Assembly (NCBI GenBank): GCA_964019425.1
Contig: OZ025782.1
Span: 744,001-808,000, forward strand
Direction of reading: 5' to 3'
Source of the DNA: Flectonema sp. DT1601
Taxonomy: Eukaryota
Length of the DNA stretch: 64,000 nucleotides
Shown: positions 22,576-33,800 of the stretch, piece after piece
Layout of the letters: every line of letters starts with the position of its first letter
Position numbering within the stretch: the first letter of the stretch is position 1
Program-made: the position numbers and the translations under genes
Notes under the pieces: model-generated
The model's database searches: none
The model's input: the letters and a program-made list of their open reading frames with translations, nothing else
What the model was told of the DNA's origin: nothing

Positions 22576-25500
22576 ATGACCGACACTCGCGTTGCTTTCA
22601 GCGTCGCTGCCGAGTGGAGTGGTCGTAAATTTAAAATAATGCTTGAAGAGAAAGACATCAACGGTATGAAGGCTGAGAAGATAATAAAAACACTTTCTAA
22701 GTTTACGAACCTTCCAAGTGACGAATTCGATATTAGAACACAACAAGGATTAGTATTAGTACCTGGAATGAAAGGTTTTGATTTCGGTCTACGAGCGAAT
22801 ATGGTTCTGTTAATGTACAAGAAAACTCCTCCTCCTGCAGCACCTATTCAACCACAAGTAACAAATGCTGGTAGACTGACTCCTCCACCTCCAACTGTTG
22901 TTGCAGAAGCTACACTTCCATCACAAGTGTCTGTACCTCCGCCGAGTGTTAGTGAAATGCGATCGTTGTCAGCATCTCATGTTATTCAACCGCCGCTATC
23001 TTCACTCAGTCATGATAGAGTTCCTTCTTTAGGAATAGGAGTGCCAGTAATTAACAATTCAATAAGTGCTGCGAGTAACATTAGTGCTTCTGCTGGTCTG
23101 TTAGCAGCCGGAGGCATCTCGAGTGGAGTCGCTGGCATCTCGCAGGTGGTTTCGATGCCTCTTCCACAACCAACAACACCAATAACACAGTATTCAATAC
23201 CTCAACAACCATCTCGACCACCACCACCACAACAACAACAACAACAACAACAGTCTCAGTCAGGTAGAGACTCACGTGAGATCTCTCCGATGAGATCTAA
23301 TTCTAAGTCTCCTACTCCTCTCCGTCTTGGGCTAAATCAAGAGCAGGTCATACTGCAGGAACGCTTAATAGCTGAGGCACAAACTAAAGCACCAGTACCT
23401 TCCATTCATGATGTTCTTGGACAGAGTGCTCACAATATATCAGCACTTCCATCAGTTCTTCATACTCCGAAGGGGGCATCTCCGTCTCTCGAGAGCATCA
23501 GTCGTGTCGGACGAAGTGCAAGTAGACAACCTTCTACTAGCAGGCAGCCTTCTGCCAGCAGGCAACCTTCTGCGAGTCCATTACATTTAACAGGACCAGC
23601 GACCCCAGCACTACTAGAGGCGAAGATAAAGGAACTTAGGGCTGAGAATGAAGCACTGCGGGTGGAGAATAAGGCCGCCATGCAGATGCAGATTCGGCGG
23701 AGGAGTCGTTCAAGTAGTCCAGGATGGGCACACCAACACGGTGGGGAAAGCATAAGCAGAAGTATGGGAGGGGAATCAGAAATGAGAACGTTGTTGAGGA
23801 AGTGCAACGAGTTGGCAACCGCACGACACCAACTGGAAAATGATCTCGAAAGTATGAAACAAGAGTGGAGTGATGAACGAAGACAGCGAATGACAGAATG
23901 GGAAGCAGATCACTTGGAATGGACAAAAAGACAACACAACCTCGTCATGGGGTGGGAACACGATAAGAAGTTACTCCTCGGACCAACTTTATCAAAGGAA
24001 GACATCATTCGAATTCATTCAAAGTGGGAATGTATCGACCAAAAGTGGGAAGAAGAACGCACGGCACTTCAAAACAACCTCAACTACCTAACCCAACGTC
24101 GCGATGAAGAAGAGCGCAACCGACTTACAGAACAAGAAGCGTTACTACAACAGCTGACAGACAAGAGGAATGAACTTTTAGTCGGAACGAGGGGGTTAAA
24201 AACTGAACTGGCTAAGTCGCGTCATTCAACTGAAGAAAACAAGAAAAATGTTGTCGCAGCCACTAAACACCTCGACTCACTACAACAAGAGATGTGTTCT
24301 GCTGGTCTAACGGCTGAAGTAGCGAAGGGATTAATACAACAAAGTACTGAGAAGGCTATGCATTTAGAAATGGCAGCAACTCTACGAGCGGAGAACCAAC
24401 AACTAACTCGTCAGCTAGAACGTGAGACTCACACAAGAAAACATCTTCACAATACTTTAGAAGATATGAAAGGATCAATAAGAGCAATTATTAGAATGAG
24501 ACCACTCTTATCACATGAACAACATGGTGTTAATGATGAATATGGTGAACATGGTTATACCACTATAACTGATTCTTCTGTTGTAACTGTTTCAACTCCA
24601 ACAACTGGTGTTAAAGAATATTCTTTTTATAAAGCTTTAGGACCTGAAATACAACAACAAGAAGTATTCGCAGAAGTGAGACCTCTTCTCCAATCAACAC
24701 TTGATGGTTACAATGTATCAGTAATGGCTTATGGTCAGACTGGTTCTGGTAAAACTTTTACAATTATGGGAGGACAGACACCACAAACAAGAGGAGTTCT
24801 CCCGAGAACTATTCAGGAATTATTTAGACTGCTATCAACACTTGATGGTACTGCAGAGTTAAGATGTTCAATGGTAGAGTTATACCTCGATACTCCTCGT
24901 GATCTTCTTGACCCTGATCAAAAGAAATGTGAACTTCACCAACTACCCAGCGGTCTGAAAGTATCTGCATCAGAGCACACGGTAACATCAGCTAATGAAG
25001 CTCTCGGTTTACTAAAAAGAGGAGGTTCTCACAGACAAGTTCACAGTACCTTAGTTAACCCTCAGTCTTCAAGATCTCATGCTGTCTTTACTTTAGAAAT
25101 GAAAATAAAGACTGGAAATGTATGTATTTTTCTATTGTACCTACTTTTTTACTTGTGTAGTAATTGTAACCGAAAAAACTAATATAAAAACAGTCGATGA
25201 CTACTTCGAAGTTATCATTTGTTGACTTAGCCGGAAGTGAGAGAGTTAAGATTTCACACTCAAGAGGGGATCGTCTGAAGGAAGCTCAAACAATTAATAA
25301 ATCACTTTCAGCTTTGGGTGATGTCGTTGCTGCTCTGTCGCAATCATCGAAACCAAATCAGACAACAAGACCATTCATACCTTACAGAAATTCAAAGATA
25401 ACAATGATACTACAGGAAGCTCTTGGTGGTAATTCTAAGACAGTTCTATTTGCTTGTATCTGTCCTGGAGTTCCTGGCTCTTCCACAAACATTTCAGAAA

Positions 25501-25735
25501 CAGTTTCTACTTTAGTGTTTGCTTCTCGGATTAAACATGTTAGAAATCCTTTTGTAAGAAGCATCACAAAGATTCAGGTTTGTTGTTTTTTTATTTTTTT
25601 ATTTTCTACACGACTGTCTTAGTTTGATTATTGGATGAAAAATAATTACAAAAAAAAAATCAGAATCAAGCTCTCCCCGAATCAGAGCTCGATAAAGAGG
25701 CAGAACAGTTAGCACCACAAGCAAGACTCTACTAA
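22576..25735 (+). CDS. Kinesin-14 (C-terminal motor); exons 22576-25119, 25194-25577, 25664-25735
   Basis: Neck RKHLHNTLEDMKGSIR, AYGQTGSGKT, NPQSSRSH, FVDLAGSE, INKSLSALGDV, IPYRNSK. Introns 25120-25193 and 25578-25663 are GT-AG and keep frame; the last exon is inferred. Confidence 0.9.
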
Positions 25736-26380
25736 ATAACACGATGTGACATACTACTTGTGAAGTATTTACAGGCATCTCTCATGAAAATAGAGTTTCT
25801 TTTCCCCTTTTTTTTCTTTTTCACGTTTTTATACCTCCACATTTTATTATTTAAATTACCATAGCAAGACGATAGATATATTTTTGTGTGATAGAAATGA
25901 ATGCTTACTCAAGAAGTAGTTCGCAACTATTTGCATACCACCCACTGTTGGTTTATTGAAAATAGTGACTCAGTCTCAGTAGTAGATGTAAGACTCTCTA
26001 AGTCTGATATAATACGACGAAGTTTGTATTTTTTACTAAATCAAACAATTAGCACTCCAGCCGTTAGTTTAATAGGAATCAACTAACTAACCTCCTCTGT
26101 ATAAATTTCTGTAACTCTCTTGTTAGTAGTCTTTCCCTAGCTGCATTGCTTATTGTTGGATGAAATCTTCTTGAGAGAAATTTTATAGAAATTAAAAAAT
26201 AACAAAAAAAAAAAAAAAGAAAGGTAGAACAAAACAACGGAGTTTAGATTTTATTATATAAAGCCACAGTAGATTGCGGCCTAGAAATATTTACTGAATG
26301 AAATTGTTATTTTGTGTCAGCGTTTTTTTTTAAATTGTTATTTTCTAGTTGCTCGACACACCGCTCAAATACTAACCAAC

Positions 26381-26620
26381 ATGTCGTCTGTTAACTACCC
26401 AGTCAATTACGGAGCAGGTCTTACTGCGTTGGATGCAACGAAGGCACAGGCGATGGATGCCGCCAACAGGGCTGGTGCTGCTGCTATTGATCGCGCTGAG
26501 TACGAGTCGACTGCTTACAACACGACAGCACATGCGAGAGCGATGAACATCGACAGAGAGAGACTCGCTGACGTGAGAGGAGCTCCTTCATACCCAGTGA
26601 GCTACCACTACTGCACATGA
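26381..26620 (+). CDS. 79-aa Ala/Tyr-rich protein of unknown function, copy 1
   Basis: ATG 26381 to TGA; identical protein in three tandem copies (MSSVNYPVNYGAG...PSYPVSYHYCT). Confidence 0.85.
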   Translation: MSSVNYPVNYGAGLTALDATKAQAMDAANRAGAAAIDRAEYESTAYNTTAHARAMNIDRERLADVRGAPSYPVSYHYCT

Positions 26621-26868
26621 GTAATGCCGTCAATACTACTCGTTGTGATGACTGCAATGAAGATGTACTTCACACCTGATAGACCGACTTTGAACTCTAA
26701 AAAACAACGAACTCAAATATAAAGTTCAGTCTGTTGGTAGTATTGTTGTGGCCTCCCCTTCCTCACTTGTACTGTGTATTCTGTAATTATTATTCTGATG
26801 GGTTTTCTCAGTACACTTTAAAATTATTTTACAGTTTCACTGCTCACTACTCACTCACTCTCATAACA

Positions 26869-27108
26869 ATGTCGTCTGTTAACTACCCAGTCAACTACGG
26901 AGCAGGTCTTACTGCGTTGGATGCAACGAAGGCACAGGCGATGGATGCCGCCAACAGGGCTGGTGCTGCTGCTATTGATCGTGCTGAGTACGAGTCGACT
27001 GCTTACAACACGACAGCACATGCGAGAGCGATGAACATCGACAGAGAGAGACTCGCTGACGTGAGAGGAGCCCCTTCATACCCAGTGAGCTACCACTACT
27101 GCACATGA
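26869..27108 (+). CDS. 79-aa Ala/Tyr-rich protein, copy 2
   Basis: Same protein; three synonymous differences from copies 1 and 3 (aat>aac, cgc>cgt, gct>gcc). Confidence 0.85.
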   Translation: MSSVNYPVNYGAGLTALDATKAQAMDAANRAGAAAIDRAEYESTAYNTTAHARAMNIDRERLADVRGAPSYPVSYHYCT

Positions 27109-27371
27109 GTGATGCCGTTTCCTTGGATGCTGCAGTCAAGCGGGAGGTTTTCATGTGAAACTCTCCATAATCTAGTTGTGCAATATGCTCGAATGAAACT
27201 TAGCAGCAGCTTATCTTCACAGAGCACACGTATCGTTGTAAGATAGTATTTACCTGTCGTCTTCCCTATTTAATGTATTGTACTACTTGTGTTCAAATAA
27301 TCTTTAGGTTTTAGGCGGAGTTGATTATTATTATTTACTCGCAGTTTTACTACTCACTCACTCTCATAACA

Positions 27372-27611
27372 ATGTCGTCTGTTAACTACCCAGTCAATTA
27401 CGGAGCAGGTCTTACTGCGTTGGATGCAACGAAGGCACAGGCGATGGATGCCGCCAACAGGGCTGGTGCTGCTGCTATTGATCGCGCTGAGTACGAGTCG
27501 ACTGCTTACAACACGACAGCACATGCGAGAGCGATGAACATCGACAGAGAGAGACTCGCTGACGTGAGAGGAGCTCCTTCATACCCAGTGAGCTACCACT
27601 ACTGCACATGA
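27372..27611 (+). CDS. 79-aa Ala/Tyr-rich protein, copy 3
   Basis: Same protein; CDS matches copy 1 at the three variable sites. Confidence 0.85.
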   Translation: MSSVNYPVNYGAGLTALDATKAQAMDAANRAGAAAIDRAEYESTAYNTTAHARAMNIDRERLADVRGAPSYPVSYHYCT

Positions 27612-27848
27612 GTGATGTACTCATCGTAATGAATGCCATAGGTCCGCTAAGACTATAGCTCGACTGTTTTAGTTATTGTATTATTCTATTATCGTTCTCT
27701 TACCTTTCAATTCCCCTCTCAACTTGTTGTTGACTTGTAACTCATGTTTAATTATTATTCTTACTGTAGTTATTTTAATTGTGTCAAACTCACACAAGAT
27801 TCTAATTTCCCCCATCAGGTGTCTTCTTGAAAGGCGGGCTTCTCCAAC

Positions 27849-30800
27849 ATGGCGGAGCCTCCAATACCAGTACTGACTGCTCATAAAACAACAGCACCTC
27901 CATTTGATATCGCGTCTCGTATTAATATAGAAGATATTTATGATAACCCAGAGTTGATCGGAGATGTTATCGATGAGGACTTTGTTTCTAATCTCAAGTT
28001 GGCGAAGTTTACTCCGGAAATCGTAACAAAAACAGATCCTGATAAAGTCTGTCGAATGCTACAAGTCTTTCAACTGATGTTTGAATGCGTTGAGTCTGAT
28101 CAAAATTGGTACATGGACACTCTGAAGAATGAAGCAAGTGGTCACCGTCGCGTTACAGAAGACACACAAGTCCTTCAAGCTCTTAATGATGACCTTCAGG
28201 TTCGATTACAAGAGAGAAGTGACAGGATTGCTGAACTACAAAGAGAATTAGATAAGAAAAAAGATCTGCAAAAGAACTTTGAAGTATGCAGTCAGAGAGT
28301 TTTTCAACTCCAAGCAGACCTTGAACGACACAAGTCACAAAACGAAGAATACAGAAAGTCAGTAGAACAAAAGCTTAAGAGAGCTGCAGAAGTTGAAGCT
28401 CGTACTCGTAAAGATACCCGCGAAGGTGAGCGTGATGTCCGTGCACTCCAACAGATGATTCAGCAAACTGAAGATGAACTTAGAAAATCTGATCGACTTC
28501 TTCGATCTTCAAAAGCATCAGAACAAACTTTATTATTCAGATTAGAAGAAATGGAGAATAAAGAACGAGCTCTTCGTGTGATGCTCGATGACTTGAACGA
28601 CTCTAATGAGAACCTTCGCTTTCGACTCGAAGAAAAGGAAGACCAGTGTCTGTCACTTGAAAAACACGCTGTTGAAGATCTTCAAGCCATCCGCGATAAG
28701 ACATCAAAGTCAGCTGTTGATAATGAACGAGTCACTCATAAACACAAACAAGAATTACAACAAATCACAGCTTCGTTAGCACTTCAAAAGGAAGAGAATT
28801 TCAATTTACAAAAGAAAGTATCCGAAACTCATCAAATAATGGACGACATGGCTGAGAAGGCTGCTTCTAAAGACACGGAGTGTAAACATCTTCGTCATCA
28901 GTTAGACAAACTTGAAAAGGTTCGTGTCAGTCAGCAATCATTTCCTCTTCCATTAACAACTCCAGACTTATCAGGTATAAAGGGAAGTTCTGAAGAGTTT
29001 TATCAACTAGCTGAGTTACTAAAACAAAGAACCAGAGACCTAGCACTCGAACAGGCTCGAAGACAAGACGACGAACGAGAAAGGAATCGACTTGATCGTG
29101 ATGTTGTTGAACTTCGAAAGCAACTTGACATCTATGAGCGTTCAGGAGTTGAAGGTGCAGTCGCAGAAAAACGTGCTCGGATTGCAGAAATGCAACAATG
29201 CTTAGACGAGCGAGACAATGCTCTTATTGAAATGAGAGACAAACTAAACCAGGCAGATGAAGATCTCGATAATCTGTTGGAATTCACAGAAGCATTAAAA
29301 CAACTCGCACTCGAGTGTGGACTAACAAGGGAACAGATTATGAGTTTATCAACAATGAAGGTCCCACACACAGAGAGAAAGTCAACAGAAGTTGAAGAAC
29401 TACGAGAGAAACTCTACGTCAGAGACAGAGAGATTGAAATATTAGAACGAGAGAGGCTTCACTGGAAGAAACAAGTCCGACTACAAGCTCTACCTAGATT
29501 CGAACAGGCTCAGAAGATGGGAATCACACCTGAGCAATTATCAATGCTTGCTGATATTAGAGATAGAATGAGGGAATCGGATTCTACTGATATTCAAGCT
29601 CTTGTTGGTGAAGGAGAGGATTATAATCTCATAGTCGGAACTTCCCGCGCTGCTTTAGAGCGCCAGAATAAGTCTCTCTCTGATAAGGTTACCTCTCTCA
29701 GGGCTGAACTCGCCAAATTCGAGGGAAAATATGAAGTTCTTAAAGAACACTACCACAGACTACATCTCAATCAGGATAAGTTTCAACAGCAGATTAATAT
29801 TTCAAAAGATCCAGCAGGAAGTATTTGGCACACGAGTGGCATGTTGACGGACAAGAAGAGTTCCTCTGCATCCGGAAACACAAGTGAAAGTGGTGATGAG
29901 AATAGTAAAGAAAAGAAGAAGAAAACATCAATTGCACCAGACAGTAGTCCAATGTTTCCTCCACTTCCACAGAATCTGATGCAGCAATTAGCAAACGCGC
30001 AGCTAAATGACGGTCGAGTTCAACAGATGTTGGGAGACTACAATAAAACAAATACTGTTTTGGGTGAACTTCGTAAGGAACTTCAACGAACAAACGACTC
30101 CCTTGAGAATGCTGAACGACGTGCTAAAGGATACCTCGAAGAGAGAGATGCATTCAGACGAACACTCGCTTACAGAGATGGGTTCAAACAAAAGACACCA
30201 ACAGAATCAGATCAAATGCTACCCGCAACTAGTGAACCAGAAAAGTCTGAACCTCAAGCTGAAGGTCACAATGAACTTTGGGATACTGATCCTGAGCAGG
30301 CAGCAGCACTTTCTCCAAAAGCTGCTGCAACTGAAATTGAAGCAGCTCTTCATCAGGAGATCGCAAATAAAGAAAATGCTCTTCGTACTCTGATGGTCGC
30401 ATACGATAAGAAGGAATCTGATATCGTTGAAGGTGAGAAGATAAAGAATGAAGCAATAGATCGAATGGCTGATATGAAAGACAAGTTTGAGAATGAACAG
30501 TTTGAAGGAGTTCGTTTAAAAGCTGACTTAGAATATCTGAGAGAATGCCTATCCGATACAGAATCACTACTACAAGAAGAAAGAACTAAACTTGAAGAGC
30601 ATCAGGAATACATTGCAGGCTTACAAGGGAAATCTGATGACCCCACACTCAGAGAAGCCGGCACTGAAGTAATGAGAAAGGTAACTGCTCTTCGTGTAAA
30701 CGAAATCAGACTAATAAAACGTTACAAAATGTCAATGGCTGAGTCTGACACTTCTCGTGAACGACTCCGAGAGAGTGAAAAATCCCTCATAGCACTTCAA

Positions 30801-33800
30801 AAGGAAACAGGCGAACAGATTGCTTCCTTATTAGGACAACTAAAGGAATCAGAAGGCGTCCAGAAAGTACTCCACGACCGATTAGAGTTTACTGAGAAGA
30901 CTCGGAACTTTGAATCTTTAAGAATTCAGTTGGGAACTGCTAAACAGGAACTTCAAACTTATCTTTCAATTGAGAGGGATGACAATAATGCGAAGCATCA
31001 ATACGCGGAGCTAAAAAAAGAGGCCGAGGCCTTGAAACGTGATATCGGGGAAATCACAATTGAGCGAACCAGCGTCAAGGAAGAACTGCAACGAACAAAA
31101 AGACTCCTTGAGCAAGGAGCAACAGATGGAAATAGTTTAAGAGAAAGAGAAAAGATTGTAGAACTCGATATGGAGGTCAAGACTGCCAACCAAAAAGTTG
31201 ACTTGAACAGGAATCGAGCTCAAGCGGCTGTTCGAGAAGCTGGTGTTTTAGAAAGTGAGAAATTAGAGATGTCGGGGGAGATTGTATCCCTTCGACAGAA
31301 GCAAGCCAAGCTACTGAGTGAACTACGAGAAGCACAAGAATCTCTTCAGGACAGTGTCGCCTTGTCAGAAATGCAACAGCTTCAATCAAAAATAAACGAT
31401 CTCGAAACAGTTAAAAACAAAGCCGAAGCCAGATCAATTCGCGCAATTGAAACCAGCCAAGCAACAGTAGAATACAGCCTCACAATAGAACAAGTTCACA
31501 ATCAATATAAAGAAGAACTTGAAACACTACGTCGTGTTATTGCTGGACTCGAACCTGCGAATGACGAGGGATACGTTCTTGGTGAAATGCAGTATCGCAC
31601 ATTTCAACAACAAATTCAAAATATTGCTTTAAAGAAAGAGAAAGAACAAGCCGAACTCTCTCTAGTTTCTAAGAAGGCTCGCACACAAGCTATTCATGTG
31701 CAGAACACTCAACTTCTAAACGAACTTGCGAAGGTTTACGATGAATACATTCAAAAGAGTCATGAGCTCCACCAATCAAACGTGACTCTAAAAGGAGAAC
31801 TAGACGGCAGGCTATCCCCTGAAGATTCTTCTAAACTTAATAAACAATTAGAAACAGAACGTCGTAACGTTGAAGACTCAAACAAGTCTCTTAGGGATGC
31901 GAAAAAAAAAATCAGCGAGTTGGAATTCCGCGAAGACGAATCACAAAAGATTCAAGACGCTATTCGATTACTGGATACGAGAGATATGTCAAAAATAGAA
32001 ATTGAATACAAGAAAACTGTTCAAGACTTATCAGCGACGAAATTGCAATCTCTGAAAACGGAATGGCAGGGAAGAGAACTATCAGAGGAAGTAGTCATGT
32101 TGAGAAAACTAAAAACAGCTTCTCAAGAACAAATGGAATTCCTTCAAAAAGAAACCGTCGAACTACAACAACAACGAGATGCTTCTAATAACGAGTTCAC
32201 TCGTAAAGTTGAAGAACTTTATCAAAAGTTAAAAGAGTCTAAAGTTAGAGAAGCAGCAACTATGAAACAAAGCATCCGAGACAGAGAATCAAACAATAGT
32301 TCCATAATGGCACCACAAGTTAAAGATAATGAAGAACACATATCTATTCTTAATAATAAAATAAAAGAAATGAGATCTTCTGAAACAGCTCAAAACAACA
32401 ACAATTCAGAATTGAGGAATAAAGTTGGGAAACTGACAGCTGACATTCACAATTTAAAGTCTGATTTAGAAAAGAGAAATGTCATCAACGCTGCGCTACA
32501 AAAGGAAGTAATGGATGAGCGTTTGAAGTCTCGGCAGACGGTTGACAGAATACGTGAAGTTGAAACTTCTCGCGGAGAAGCACTACAAGAAGTTGCCAGA
32601 CGTAACACAGCTACCTTACAGGAGCTTCTTCGCAAGAAAGACGACGCCTTGAAACGCGTCACTGATCAACTTAACAACGATCGCCAAGTCTACGCTGCTG
32701 AAAAGCAAATTTCAAATATAAAAATATCCGACCTTCACAAACAGCTTCACAAAGAAAACAGCGACACCATTCGGAAATTTAGCGACAGACTGAATAGTAT
32801 TTCTTCAGCACCACCAATGAGAGCAGAAGATAATGAACCTGTTCCTGGATCCTTAATTGATATTAAAATGGCACAAATGACTGCTGAGTTATCTCGCCAA
32901 CAGGGAAAACTCGACTTAGCAGAAGCAGAGATAAGAAAACTCACCCGAGAGCTAAGTGAACGAGACCTGGCTGATAAAACAAAAGAACAGGTTGTGATCA
33001 CATCCCCTGAGAAACAAATAGGAGCGCAGTGGAGTGTTGATGAAGTACAAAAACTTCAGCAGCAAATCCAAACATTGACGGAACAATTACAAAAGGAACG
33101 CGACATGCACCGCGAGAAGGAACTTGAACAGTCTGCTATTGACGAAGCAGAAAAGTATCAAAAAGTAAATCAATCTGATCAAATACAACAAACTGAATTA
33201 TTTCAAGCAACTATTGTGAAAGCAAAGAAGAAAGGTGTTCGCGTGTTATGTACTCGTGAAATAACATTTCGCAGTGGTAAGAAACTTCAAGTTGGTGACG
33301 CTGGTGTCATATCTCGAGAGGTGTCAGATGAAGACTCGTCTAAAATGGAAATAATTTGGGATAACGGAATTGTATTCGATGCCACTGATGCCGACATTGA
33401 AGTAGCACCACAACCAGCTTTCACCGTTCATAGTGAGACACCAATTGATACAATTAATTTAATTATACTTGAGAGAGAAACTCTTATCCGACAACAAGCT
33501 CTTCAGATTGACGACTTCGAACGCCAACTTCTAAAGTGTTCCAGAGATCGTTCAGAAGCCGTTGACTCCGAACGCCTCGCTCACAAGAAAAGACGGGAAG
33601 CTGAAGAGATCAACGAACGCCTCCAACTAGAACTTGGCGACAAGGCATCTGCGGCTCTGCAATCTCAAATAACAAAATTGGAAGGCCATGTTCGAAATTT
33701 AGAAGCCGACAAAAAAAGTCTTGAAGGCGAGGTTCGAACTACACATGAAGCACTAAAGTCAACAAAATCAGAGCTGGCAATTCGCTACAAAATAGAATCC

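Noticed and set aside
26381..27611. Repeat-spacer-like arrangement resembling a CRISPR or cassette array
   Set aside because: The repeats are 240-nt coding sequences with only synonymous changes, in a eukaryote, with no cas genes.
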